A stretch of 64,000 bases of DNA from Lytechinus pictus (GCF_037042905.1 NC_087245.1:19532001-19596000), one strand, 5' to 3'; shown: positions 1-13,004, numbered from the stretch's first letter. The notes: a model not told the origin generated them from the letters alone. Made by a program: numbers and translations.

Positions 1-2710
1 ACCTCATATTCTGGCTGTTCCTCTTTGGAAATACCGAAGGTCAGTTCAACTGGTGCAAGTGGCTTTTTATCCTTTTCCAGTAACACTTGTGTGGTTTCTT
101 GTGTTTCAGGAATGTCTTGTGTCTCAACAACAGTTGTAACAGTTTTTTCAATGGTTGTGATAGTCTCTTCCTCTGGTTGTTCTTCCTGAGGAATGACAAG
201 AACCTCATATTCTGGTTGTTCTTCTTTGGGAATATCAAAGGTCAATTCAACTGGTGCAAGTGGCTGTTTTCCTTTTTCAACAAACACTTGTGTAGTTTCT
301 CGTGTGTCTGGGACCTCTCGTGTCTCAACAACAGTTGTAACAGTCTCTTCAATAGTTGTGACAGTTTCCTCCTCTGGTTGTGGTTCTTGAGGAATGACAA
401 GAACCTCATATTCTGGCTGTTCCTCTTTGGGAATACCGAAGGTCAGTTCAACTGGTGCAAGTGGCTTTTTATCCTTTTCCAGTAACACTTGTGTGGTTTC
501 TTGTGTTTCAGGAATGTCTTGTGTCTCAACAACAGTTGTAACAGTCTCTTCAATAGTTGTGACAGTTTCCTCCTCTGGTTGGGCTTCCTGAGGAATGACA
601 AGAACCTCATATTCTGGTTGTTCTTTTTTGGGAATATCAAAGGTCAGTTCAACTGGTGCAAGTGGCTGTTTGCCTTTTTCAACAAACACTTGTGTAGTTT
701 CTCGTGTGTCTGGAACCTCTTGTGTCTCAACAACAGTTGTAACAGTCTCTTCAATAGTTGTGACAGTTTCCTCCTCTGGTTGTGGTTCTTGAGGAATGAC
801 AAGAACCTCATATTCTGGCTGTTCCTCTTTAGGAATATCGAAGGTCAGTTCAACTGGTGCAAGTGGCCTTTTATCCTTTTCCAGTAACACTTGTGTAGTT
901 TCTCGTGTGTCTGGGACATCTTGTGTCTCAACAACAGTTGTAATAGTCTCTTCAATAGTTGTGACAGTTTCCTCCTCTGGTTGTGGTTCTTGAGGAATGA
1001 CAAGAACCTCATATTCTGGCTGTTCCTCTTTGGGAATATCGAAGGTCAGTTCAACTGGTGCAAGTGGTTTTTTATCTTTTTCCAGTAACACTTGTGTGGT
1101 TTCTCGTGTTTCAGGAATGTCCCGTGTCTCAACAACAGTTGTAACAGTCTCTTCAATAGTTGTGACAGTTTCCTCCTCTGGTTGTGCTTCCTGAGGAATG
1201 ACAAGAACCTCATATTCTGGTTGTTCTTCTTTGGGAATATCAAAGGTCAATTCAACTGGTGCAAGTGGCTGTTTGCCTTTTTCAACAAACACTTGTGTAG
1301 TTTCTCGTGTGTCTGGAACCTCTTGTGTCTCAACAACAGTTGTAACAGTCTCTTCAATAGTTGTGACAGTTTCCTCCTCTGGTTGTGGTTCTTGAGGAAT
1401 GACAAGAACCTCATATTCTGGCTGTTCCTCTTTGGGAATATCGAAGGTCAGTTCAACTGGTGCAAGTGGCTTTTTATCCTTTTCCAGTAACACTTGTGTA
1501 GTTTCTCGTGTGTCTGGGACCTCTTGTGTCTCAACAACAGTTGTAACAGTCTCTTCAATAGTTGTGACAGTTTCCTCCTCTGGTTGGGCTTCCTGAGGAA
1601 TGACAAGAACCTCATATTCTGGTTGTTCTTTTTTGGGAATATCAAAGGTCAGTTCAACTGGTGCAAGTGGCTGTTTGCCTTTTTCAACAAACACTTGTGT
1701 AGTTTCTCGTGTGTCTGGAACCTCTTGTGTCTCAACAACAGTTGTAACAGTCTCTTCAATAGTTGTGACAGTTTCCTCCTCTGGTTGTGGTTCTTGAGGA
1801 ATGACAAGAACCTCATATTCTGGCTGTTCCTCTTTAGGAATATCGAAGGTCAGTTCAACTGGTGCAAGTGGCCTTTTATCCTTTTCCAGTAACACTTGTG
1901 TAGTTTCTCGTGTGTCTGGGACATCTTGTGTCTCAACAACAGTTGTAATAGTCTCTTCAATAGTTGTGACAGTTTCCTCCTCTGGTTGTGGTTCTTGAGG
2001 AATGACAAGAACCTCATATTCTGGCTGTTCCTCTTTGGGAATATCGAAGGTCAGTTCAACTGGTGCAAGTGGTTTTTTATCTTTTTCCAGTAACACTTGT
2101 GTGGTTTCTCGTGTTTCAGGAATGTCCCGTGTCTCAACAACAGTTGTAACAGTCTCTTCAATAGTTGTGACAGTTTCCTCCTCTGGTTGTGCTTCCTGAG
2201 GAATGACAAGAACCTCATATTCTGGTTGTTCTTCTTTGGGAATATCAAAGGTCAATTCAACTGGTGCAAGTGGCTGTTTGCCTTTTTCAACAAACACTTG
2301 TGTAGTTTCTCGTGTGTCTGGAACCTCTTGTGTCTCAACAACAGTTGTTACAGTCTCTTCAATAGTTGTGACAGTTTCCTCCTCTGGTTGTGGTTCTTGA
2401 GGAATGACAAGAACCTCATATTCTGGCTGTTCCTCTTTGGGAATATCGAAGGTCAGTTCAACTGGTGCAAGTGGCTTTTTATCCTTTTCCAGTAACACTT
2501 GTGTAGTTTCTCGTGTGTCTGGGACCTCTTGTGTCTCAACAACAGTTGTAACAGTCTCTTCAATAGTTGTGACAGTTTCCTCCTCTGGTTGTGGTTCCTG
2601 AGGAATGACAAAAACCTCATATTCTGGCTGTTCCTCTTTAGGAATACCAAAGGTCAACTCAACTGGAGCGAGAGGTTTTTTCTCCTCTTCAAGTATTACC
2701 TGTGTGGTTT
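1..2710 (-). repeat. Coding tandem array, 201-bp unit (67 aa), 13 full units plus partial, degenerate copies to about 3170
   Basis: acctcatattctgg recurs at 1, 202, 403...2614. Unit is approximately VLVIPQEPQPEEETVTTIEETVTTVVETQEVPDTRETTQVLLEKDKKPLAPVELTFDIPKEEQPEYE. Confidence 0.97.
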
Positions 2711-5700
2711 GTCGTGTCTTTGGAATTTTGGGTTCCTGAGGCTGCTTGGCTGGAATTACAACTTCTTCAAATTCAGGTTGCCCATACTTTGGAGCATCAA
2801 AAGTAAGTTCAACAGGTGCTAGTGGCCTCTTTGGAGTTTGCATTTCAACTTGCGTTGTCTCACGTTGACTAGGATATTCTTCAGTTTCAACAACAGTGGT
2901 TATGATTTCAGTAACAGTTGTCACAGACTCATCTTCAGGCACTTCTGGTACAACTAGCACCTCGTATTCTGGCTCTTCCTGCTTGGGCATTTCTAGTGTT
3001 AATTCTACAGGAGCAAGAGGTTTTTGTTTTTGATTAATTAAAACCTGGGACTTCTCCCTTGAAGGTACCTCCTTGGTTTCAACAACTGTTGTTACACTTT
3101 CTGATATAGTTATGGTTTCTTCTTCTTCCTCTCCCTTTGGTATTACCAGAATTTCATATTCTGGTTTTTCAGGTTTGAATTTTTGAATTGGGTGAATTGG
3201 TACATCTGCAGGTCCACGCGACGGTTGTTGAAGATCTTCAGGAGAGATTGGTTTAGGAACATCAACAGTTACCTCAAATGACTTGAGTGGTCGGTCTTCC
3301 TCAATTTCAATTTCAGCAGTTTCTCTTCTCTGAGGTTTCACAGAAACAGACACTTTTTCTGTCCTCTTTGGACGTTTTTCTGTGCGAGGTTTTACTTTTT
3401 CATGAGGTATATCTTGAACATGTACATCAGCATATGTTGAAACAGTTCCTTCTTCGTTAGTAGCAACACACTCAAACTCAGTGTCATCAACTTCTTCAAC
3501 TGGGTTAATTACAAGAACAACACGTCCATCCCTCTCAACAAGTGTTAGGTATCTATTACCTGTCACTGGTGTTCCATCCCTTCTCCATCTGGCAAGAGGT
3601 TGTGGTTCTCCAGTAATCTGACATTCTAACCTAGCTGTATCCCCATATGAAACTTCAACATCATGAGGAGCTGTCAACACTTCTGGGGGTATCCTGGTGA
3701 CAGCTGCTCTTGCAAATGGAAGCTCTTCTGGAGATAGAGGAGTATGTCCAGGAATTGAATCTTCTGGCAAGAGGTCCGATTCTTCAACAGTGATTGGCTC
3801 CGTTTGCTTCTTTTGAGCTTTCTGTGTTGGTTTTCTTGGCCTTTCAGGCTGGCTGGGAATAACAAGTTCTTCATATTCAATTGATGGTTGTTCTTCATGC
3901 TCAGTGATTGTGGTTGTTTCAGTAGTCACAGTTTCTGTGTAAGTTCTTGTTACATCTTCAGGCTGTTGAAGATCAAGGATGAGCTCAATCTCATGTGGTT
4001 GAGGCTGGGTTTCTAATTCAATAAAACTCCTACCTCTCTCTTCAGGAGTTGGCAACTTTTTGCTTGGCTGTGGATGAACTTCTTGCACAACTGTCTGTTT
4101 TACCATTGTTTTCTGTTTGGTAGGCATATCTGGAGCATATTCAGATGGTATTACCAACTCTTCATATTCAGGATGCAGTGGAATTTCAGGCTTTGGTTTT
4201 GGCATCAGGTTTTCCTCTCTGAGCTGGACATCTTGTACAGTTGGGGTTCTGAACTCCATTTGAAAAGATTCAGGCTTCTCTTGTGGCTTGGGCTGAACCC
4301 TTTCAGGACCTAGAGTGATTTCCTCGACTGGAGCATGATCAAATGCCATTTCAATAGGTTTCTGGGGTTTTGTTTTAACTTTTGGTAATACTTCTTCTGG
4401 ACCCAAAGAAATTTCCTCTACATGTGCTCCTTCAAACGTCAATTCAATAGGCTCTGGAACTTCTTTAGGAATCACTTTCTCTGGTCCCATAGGCACCTTC
4501 CGCACCGCCTGTTTGGGAAATTTCACATCAAGAGGTTTGGGTTTCTCCCTTGGTAGTACCTTTTCAGGTCCAACATCAATCTCCTCAACTGGTGTCTGAG
4601 AAAATGTAAGGTCAATTGGCTCATGTCTTGCTGGGAATATTTCCTCAGCCCCGAGAGTTATTTCTTCTACAGGCTGTTGCTCAAATTGCATATCGATTGG
4701 AGATTGGTGCTGAATATTCTCAGCACCAGGACAAATTTCGTATGATTCTGGAATATCTATATCAATCTTAAGAGGTTCTGTATATCGAGGCAAAATTTCT
4801 TCTTCTGAGTAATCAACTGTACTTGGAGTTGGCAGGTCAAATGAGAAATCAACAGGCCTCCTTGGCTCTTGGGGATATTCAATTGAGTACTTTTCTACAG
4901 GTTCTTGATCTTCTTCAACATCCCTTCTTGTAATATGCTCTGTAGTTCTTGTCCTTTTCCTTCTTGTAATAGTTTCATACTCTTCTTGTGGTTTATCTTC
5001 CCTTGTGTCAATTATAAACTCAACAGGTGCAAGAGGAGCTTGTCTATCAATATCAATTGTAGTCCTTTCACGGGTCTCTGGTGCTCTTGGTCTTCCTTGC
5101 ACAGTTGCTGTTTGTCTTTGAGGATAAGGTTGCACACCATCTATAATCAACTCGATTTCCTGTGTAGGTCGTTGGTATTCAGGGTACATATCATATTCTG
5201 ACCTCTGAGTTGTGATATCAGACAAAGTGTCATCTTCATATCTTGTGATGGTTTCTGTAACAGTAGTTGTAGTCATTGTCTCTGTTCTATCCTCTGGTGA
5301 TATCTCAATAGAAGAACTGACTGGTCCTGGCTGCCTCGGTGGGATATACATGCGCCTATCACGACCAGGACCAATTTCTATTTGTGTTCTATGAGGATAG
5401 TACTGTTCTTGTTCACTGTCAGTGGTATAAATCTCTGTTGTGACAGTTTCAGTTACAGTTCTTCTTGTGACAGTTTCTTGCCTAGTAACTGTCAAATTTC
5501 CAAATGAAGAAACTGTTCCCAAAGGATTAGTGGCTCTGCATTCATAAACTGTTTGATCTTCTTCAAGTACAATCTTGATTACAAGTATGCATGTACCATC
5601 TTCTTGGACAATTGTCTCAAAGCGATCCCCATCAATGGGACGTCCATCTCTCAGCCATTGGATCCTGGGTCTTGGTAGACCTATGATAATTGTCTGCAAC

Positions 5701-7762
5701 TGAGCTTCTTCTCCTACAATAGCCTCAGTATCTTGCAATTCCTCTATCACTTGTGGTCTTCCTGGATGTGTTGGTTGCTTAGCTCGAGGCTTAACAGCAA
5801 CTTCAGGCTTGGGCTTCCTCTCAGGAAAAGATACTGGATATTGCTGCTCTGGTTGAACTTCAAATGGTACCTCTTCTTCATACTCTGGATATTCAGGCAT
5901 GGGAAATTTTACTGGTTTTCTTTCTGGCTGCTTTTTTTGAGGTAAGATGCTAGGTTCTTTCACCTTAACTGGAACCTTGGGCTTGGGTAGCTGATCAAAA
6001 GGCTTGTATAATTCAGGTTGTACTTCTTCACAAGGAACCACAGATTCTTTTACTTGAGCTGGAGGATGTGGTTGTGGCATTCTCTCAATTGGTTCAGTCA
6101 GGGATATCTGCTCTTGAACAACTTCCTCTGGATATAAAGGAGCCTCGTGTAATACATGAGGATGCTCTCTTTTTTCCAGTCCCTTAAAGGATACAGGACT
6201 ATCAACTGGTTTCATACTGGATGGCTTAACCTGTGGTTCATGCACATAAGGTATTTGCTCTGGAGCAGGAAGGTCACTTAATGATTTCATAGTGAAATCG
6301 GGTTTCTTAACTTGCTTTGAGACTTGCTCATGAACTGTGGTGGGTGGTTTTTCCTTCTGAAAAGGAAGCTTGATGTGAGTAAATGGTTGAGGATGCAAGT
6401 CCTCAAATAAGACATCTTCTTCAACCTCCTTTGGTGGCTGAAACCTATCTAATTGTGGGTGATACTCTGCGGGCTGTCTTTGGTCAGGTAACACTTCTTT
6501 CTCTGTAACAGTAGGATGTATCTGACGAGTAAGAGTGAACTCCTGCGTTGACCTTTCAGGTGGTTTGCCAATGGGAATGGTGACTTCTTGCTGACCTGGA
6601 CTCATTGGAATATTTACTTCTTGGGTCATCCTTGGTCTAGGACCATATTCTCGGATCACCTCATAATCTTCCACATTGTAATCATCAGGTCCCCTCTGAC
6701 CAATATCAGTCTCAAATATTGTTTGATGTGTAGTTCTTGGTTGAGCTTGAGTTCGATCCCTTGGCCGCACCTCCACAGTCATACTTTCTGTACCACCGGT
6801 CGGCTCTTGTCCATCCCTCAACACAGTCGTCACCTTTTTGGTTGTTGTTGTAGTTGTTATTGTGCGAACACTTTCAGTGTCACTCTCAACAACTTTCTCA
6901 ACTCGTTCAGTCCATGTTTCTTCTTCAGGTTCTTCTTGAATTGTGGTAATTCGCTCTCTAGAAGTGGTTTCAACCAACAAGTCAGCATAGGTAATAGTTT
7001 TTCCAAGCTCATTGACGGCCTTGCACATGTATTCTGCATCATCATCGGAACAAACATTCTTAATGATCAATGTGCAAGTTCCATCTTCTTCATATGTAAT
7101 CACAACACGATCATCAGCAGGAATGGGGCGTCCATTCTTATACCAAGTCACAGAAGGGCGGGGTGTTCCAGAAACCTTAACAACAAATTTAGCAGTGTGC
7201 CCTTCAGTCACCTGTGTTGACTTGAATTCAGAGGTGAATTTTGGCTTCTGACCATGAATAAGCAATGTCTGGTGTTCCCGTCTTCTTCTGGGCCTTTTGC
7301 CTGCCTGTGGAATGGGTTTTACAATGAGGTCAGCAAAGCTAGATGCTTCTTCTCCAGCTGCATTCACAGCCCGACATTCGATTTCTGCAGAATCATCACG
7401 AGTCACATTAATAATTGTCAATGAGCAGTGTCCCTGGTCATCATAATGCAACGTGTAACGTCCTCCAGGATGGATCTCAATACCATCACTAAACCATCTT
7501 ATCTGTGGAGCAGGGCGTCCGGTAACTCTGGAATCAAACTTGGCAGTACTGTTTTCCAGTACCTCAATGTCTAGTAGTTCATTTAGAAACTTAGGTGGCT
7601 TGTTCCTGACAACTCTGTAAGTACGCTCGGAGTACTCTGAGGGGGCCTCAATGTCACTTTCTGCTACCCTGGTAGTAGTTGTTGTAGTGGTTTTCCTTAC
7701 TCGTCGTATCACTTCTGATTCAGAGAAGGCCTCATCACCACTGACTGTCCTCATCTTACCAG
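1..7762 (-). CDS. TTN: Giant exon (at least 7762 nt, at least 2586 codons, open at window edge): Ig17-Ig20, PEVK-like segments and 67-aa repeat array
   Basis: Acceptor ttcttttctttggcag|CT GGT AAG. The frame at 7760 matches the repeat reading frame at positions 5-3. Ig domains lie at about 7320-7605, 6980-7250, 5485-5760 and 3425-3680. It is absent from the ORF track because no stop is reached. Confidence 0.9.
4290..4780 (-). repeat. Degenerate coding repeat of about 27-31 aa, 5-6 copies
   Basis: PIEMAFDHAPVEEITLGPER / PIELTFEGAHVEEISLGPEE / PLDVKFPKQAVRKVPMGPEK / PIDLTFSQTPVEEIDVGPEK / PIDMQFEQQPVEEITLGAEE. Confidence 0.8.
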
Positions 7763-8108
7763 CTGCCAAAGAAAAGAAAAGAACTATCGAATTTTAACTA
7801 CAGTACTTGAGCACATACAGTATAATTCAAAAGTGGTTTACTATCATTTTAATATCATGTTCATTAAAATCTTAATCATTCTACTTTGAATCTTTCTATA
7901 CATTTGACAGGGAAAATGTAAAAATAATAATTGAAAGTAATAATAATCATCACAAATGAAAGAATGTTAGCTATTGCTGCTTTTGTGGAGAATATTTATT
8001 ATACAAGGGGAGAAATATGTTATCTTTTAAGAATTTATTTACACATTATTATTTACAAGAGAGGTAGATTTTAAATTAAATGAATAAAGGGGAACATAAA
8101 AAACTCAC

Positions 8109-8726
8109 GTCGAACAGTCAATCTGCAAGTACAGACAGCTGTACCATAAGGATTAGTAGCTCTGCAAGTGTAGTCTCCGGTATCTTCTGGAAGAGTGACA
8201 TTGATAAGAAGGGATACCCTGTTGCCATTTATGATATATTGAAAATCTGGTGAGTCCTGGATGATCTGGTCATCCTTCAGCCATGTTATCTGGGGGAAAG
8301 GAGATCCTGTGATGATACAGTCCAGCTGGACAGTCTGGCTTTCAGAAACAGTGACATCATTGACCAGCCTCCTGAACTGGGGAGGTTCTGGCATGGCTTC
8401 CTGAAAACCTGAGATGTTTAATGTAATGTTAATGTTGGTAGGCAACTGCCCCGGAATGGTTTGTCCATATATTTGCATTGGGGTTCCAGGTGTTCCAGGG
8501 CCAGGAGGTCCTGGGGGAAGTGCATACTGCTGGCTTGTGAAGGTCATGCCTGGGATTTCCATATCACTTTCTTCTGTTACTGTCTCTGTCACAGTCTTTT
8601 TTGTGGTTGTCTTGGTAGTCGTCCTTCTTGTAGTAGCGGATAATTCCTCAGTGGTTCTCTCAACATCTGAGGGCCCCTCATGGACCTCTACGGTCCTTGT
8701 TGTAGATGTGGTAGGAGTTGACGAAT
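8109..8726 (-). CDS. TTN: Exon, Thr-rich linker and Ig16
   Basis: ctttag|AT TCG...CGA C|gtgagt, phase 1-1, 618 nt. Confidence 0.92.
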
Positions 8727-9023
8727 CTAAAGAAGAATACAATTTATGAATATTAGTGAAAGCTTCTGAAGTACATGTTTGCAAGCATCATGGCATCAGG
8801 ATATTGTTATGCATGTATAAAGATTGACCATGCCTTTGGTTTCAATACTTTCTGTAATCCTAACTTTACCCCCAATTCTAACTGTGATACATAATTTTAG
8901 CATCTAGGAAATACTGTCATGCATTTACAATCCTTTAAATACATAAGATCAAAATTAATATTCACTTCAATGCTCTCTTTTCCTTAAAACTATTTATTAT
9001 TCTTTCAGTAGGCAGAATCTCAC

Positions 9024-9200
9024 CTGGCCTGTACTCCAAACCCTGAGTTGTTCTCTGACCTGTCCTGGTGAGGAACACACCTGGAGACGTCACATTTACA
9101 CTTCCTGGCTGGGAGGTCAGCCCATCCTGCTCAACATTGATATGGATTTTCAGATCTTGCTGGGAGTCAGTGACATCCCTCTGGTATCGGTAAGAAGATG
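9024..9200 (-). CDS. TTN: 177-nt linker exon
   Basis: atacag|CA TCT...CCA G|gtgaga, phase 1-1, open frame SSYRYQRDVTDSQQDLKIHINV. Confidence 0.8.
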
Positions 9201-9937
9201 CTGTATATGGATAAATATAGAAACATCACATGTACTGATATAATACATTGGGAAATTTGAATTAGTCTTAATTCATATCTAGCATAAATTAACTCTTAAT
9301 GTGCCAGATGAATCACAGCTCTACGGGATTTATGTGTACTATCAGGTGCTGATTGGCAACAGCAGCACTCTGAGAGTTGAGCAATATAATGTTTAGATGC
9401 AATAAGCAAATATTAACATGCCAATGTAATGTGACGCTTGAAAACTGGTAGTTTTGTTGACTTCAGCATGGGTCTTGACATTTAATGTCATGCTATTACA
9501 GTGATGGGACTACACATAGATCCCCCCACCTACCTGAAAAATAGGTTCGCTGCTCGAATCTCTGCCAATGCACTTCCATAATGACACTCTATCCCATTCT
9601 AATTAGAATACTTCTAAACTCAGGTCATTATCTGTAATCAATCCTAACAGCAAGTTTGAGTCCTAACACATATCAGAGTTGTGAAGTGTTTCATTTCCTT
9701 CCTCTCCTAGCTTCTACCAATTGTTAAAACTCAGCATCAGTTGATCTGATGTTGAACTAAAAGTATAAGCAATACAGTTGGTATAGCCATGAACACAAAA
9801 ACAGCATATTATATTTTCATGCTTTCCACTTGATTGCTGACATGATATTTTGGCAAGGATTCAAAATATTTCCTCCACTCAATCCTCATTCAATCTAAAT
9901 ACTGCAGAGGACATGAACGGGACATCAATGGACTTAC

Positions 9938-10106
9938 GGTTAACTGTGAGGTGTGCAATAGACGTTGCTTCTCCTGCCTGGTTGGTGGCCTTGACGATAT
10001 ATTCCCCAGAGTCTTCAGGATAAAGGGATGAAATCTCAAGAACACAGGTGCCATCTTCTGTGATCCTGATGGTGATGCGACTGTCTTGCCTCAGCTCCCT
10101 ACCACT
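9938..10106 (-). CDS. TTN: Exon, second half of Ig15
   Basis: atgtag|AGT GGT...AAC C|gtaagt; PEDSGEYIVKATNQAG. Confidence 0.9.
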
Positions 10107-10457
10107 CTACATCACCAATGTCCACACAAGAATGTTACATTAATACATATATAAAAGATTAAAAAATATATCATGAAACTGTAAACATTAACTTCAGTTT
10201 TGCAACGTCAGCCATGTATTTCATCTATGAAATAATGAAGTAAGTAACCATTGCCTTACACTCACCGATGACTCTTGTCTTTCATTCTATTAAACATTGG
10301 ATCTTCAATAACAAAAGACAATAATTACAAAAAACTGAATTCTTAAGAAACCATGATTATCTGTCAATCCCTAATCATGTAAGCAATAATTTTTTTTATA
10401 GTTGAGCTATAAATATGATGAGAAATTTTATCACAAGTAGCCTCAACTGGCTCATAC

Positions 10458-10780
10458 CTTGTACCACCTGACTGTTGGTCTGGGGTTACCACTGACGTGG
10501 CACTCAAAGCGGGCAGTTCCACCTTCGTTAACCTCCTGACTGCTTACAAATGACTGGAAGGATGGAGGTTGAGCAGGTTTTGGACGGAGTTGAGGTTGGA
10601 CTTCGGCAGGTTTGGGCTTAGGTGGAGCAGGAGCTGGAGCGGCTCCTGGCCTGAAGGTTGGAGGTGGTATCGTCTGGATGTCGAGGTCTGAGTAGTAGAT
10701 ATCCTCTCCAGGAGCCACAGACAGTGTGGACTGGATGAAACGAGCCTGCTTGGTCTCACGGACTATGCGTTGCTCCTCAT
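10458..10780 (-). CDS. TTN: Exon, linker and first half of Ig15
   Basis: cattag|AT GAG...TAC AAG|gtatga; FECHVSGNPRPTVRWYK. Confidence 0.9.
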
Positions 10781-11239
10781 CTAATGAACAGTGAGCAATG
10801 ACATTACAGGATATTGACATAAATTGTTTGCTAGGTAATTAGATTCAAATACATGTACATGTTCAGTGTTGACTTGACTTAATTTTTCTTGATGCAATGA
10901 CAAATGTTCTAGTGGCCTCAATTTCATTTCAACAGTACTCTGTTTTAGTTTTGCTTGATACAGATGCTTTTAATCTTATTATATTTGTATACTTTATTGT
11001 CAATGTGATACTGGTTAAGAGTTCAGTCACCTTCCAAGATATCAGAGATGGATGTTTGACCATTAAGATTTCTGCAATAGAAAAGGGATTGTTGTCATCT
11101 AATCAAATTCTACTGAAAAATTCTATACATGGATAATATAGACATTTAGAAAATGCATATAATTTTGAGTCTGAATTCTTGTCATTCCTCACAACTAACT
11201 TAAAAAAATTTCATTCATGACAGCACTGGATTCACATAC

Positions 11240-12445
11240 CTTCAACGATCAGCTTTGCAGTACATGAAGCCAGTCCAGCTGCATTCTCAATCTTACATGT
11301 GATTTTGCTTGAGTCATCTGGCTGCACCTTAGGAAAGGTCAGTGTGGTTGTTCCATCTGGCTTAGTGTCAACCTTGCAAATTATTGAAGGTATTAGCTCT
11401 TGTCCATCTCTGAACCATTTGATAGACGGCATAGGTTTACCAGACACCTGTGCTTCAAAGCGACCTTCCTCCCCAGGTTTCACCCTGCAGTGATTGATGA
11501 ACTTGAGAAAGTTTGGTGGTTTCCGATCCTCAGGTGGTGGTGGCATTATAGTAAACTGTTTAGATTGAACGGGTACTGCCTTAGTTGGTTTGGTTACCTG
11601 AGGTTTGATGTCTGAAGTCACCGGTATCTTCATTGTTGGAGCACCTGGCGATGGTTTCGGTGCTGCACCTGGTTTGGCTGGAGTGCTAGGTGCTGGTGTT
11701 GCTGGTTTGCCTGGTGTAACTGGAGCCTGAGAAGATTTAAATGGCACTGATGGTTTTGGTGTCACAGACGGTTTTGATGTCAGAGATGGTTTAGATGGGC
11801 CTGGTGGTTTAGTGTCCTCTGGTTGCTGGAACTTTGCCAATAGTGAAGGTGTAACATAATGCTTTGGTGGTGGCACTTGTCCTTGGGTGTGAGGTGGCAT
11901 GTACACCACAGGAGGTGTACCAAGATCAGCTACTTCTGGCTGATCTATGTGCAGCATTGGCTGTGGTCGGACACTTCCAACATCACTTGGCGCAGGTGGT
12001 CTTGTAGGGGATAAATCCTTTTGCATTGGACGTCTTGTAGGAGATAAATCCTTTTGCATAGGACGTCTTGTAGGTGAGGGTTCCTTTCGCACAGGGCGGG
12101 TAGGTGACAAGTCCTTATGTGCACGATCTTCAGCTCTCTGAAAAGCTTCAATCTTAGAGGATAGTTTGGTCTTGGCTTGTGCTTTAGTTAAGCTTGGCAC
12201 CTTATCCGCTGCTTTTTCTTGACTGTCGTCTGTGTGCTGAGCAAATGGATGCCCCTCTTCATCTTCACTCTCCTTCCTAGTACGTTTCTTCTTCCGTGGC
12301 AAGACCAGGGTCTCATCATAGGGTAGGATGTCGTCCAGGTCAACGTCGGTATCAGAGTCCATACCTGGGTCGACACTGGCACTGACATCAGCCCCATAGG
12401 ACTCACTGAAGCTAAGAAGATTTCCAGCAGGAGCATCTATATCAA
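11240..12445 (-). CDS. TTN: 1206-nt exon: acidic/basic segment, SPTR repeats, Pro-rich linker, Ig14
   Basis: taacag|TT GAT...GAA G|gtatgt, phase 1-1; overlaps ORF 11232..12488. Confidence 0.92.
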
Positions 12446-13004
12446 CTGTTAAGTCATACAACATGGTTACAAAAAAATAAGAATGCAATATAACAAATTA
12501 GAATTCTTGGACCTGCAATTATTTAAACATTGTCATGTTTTAATTGTAATTTGCATAATATTCTTAAGTGCTTGAGATTTTCATAAGCTATGAAACTTGT
12601 CTTACCTAAAAACTGCATAGTTTGTACACACCTGATATATAGTAAAGCTTACTTTTATTGAAAGAAACACAACCAATTTCAATTAAGATTTTTGCAATCT
12701 CTTTAAACAGATTTCATTATACTACGAATCCACTCTGAATACAAGAGAGAATATAAAAATGTATTTCAAATTTATTTTTTCAATTAATATCTTATCACAT
12801 AAGAAACTTCAAAATTCAAGAGAACTTGATCTCATCATTACCCCAGGCAGACTTTCATTCCTAGCGTATTTGCCAATAATTGTTCAAAAGAAATGTCCTA
12901 TTTTAAATTTACACTTTTTCTATCTAATAGTAATATACATCATACGATCTGATCATCAACTTATATCACACACAGTTTTCATATGTCAACATCATCACTT
13001 TTGT

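Noticed and set aside
1..2710. CRISPR-like or satellite interpretation of the regular array
   Set aside because: There are no unique spacers, the unit length is a multiple of 3, the array keeps an open frame, and the context is a eukaryotic gene.
41..2822. Many repeated 65-132-aa ORFs (MTRTSYSG..., MCGFLCF..., MIFPKK...)
   Set aside because: These are shadow frames of the 201-bp coding repeat; the real frame is the open minus-strand titin frame.
9526..9548. Minus-strand tttttcag|gtaggt resembling a recursive splice site
   Set aside because: The host intron is only about 0.7 kb, so a chance occurrence is likely.
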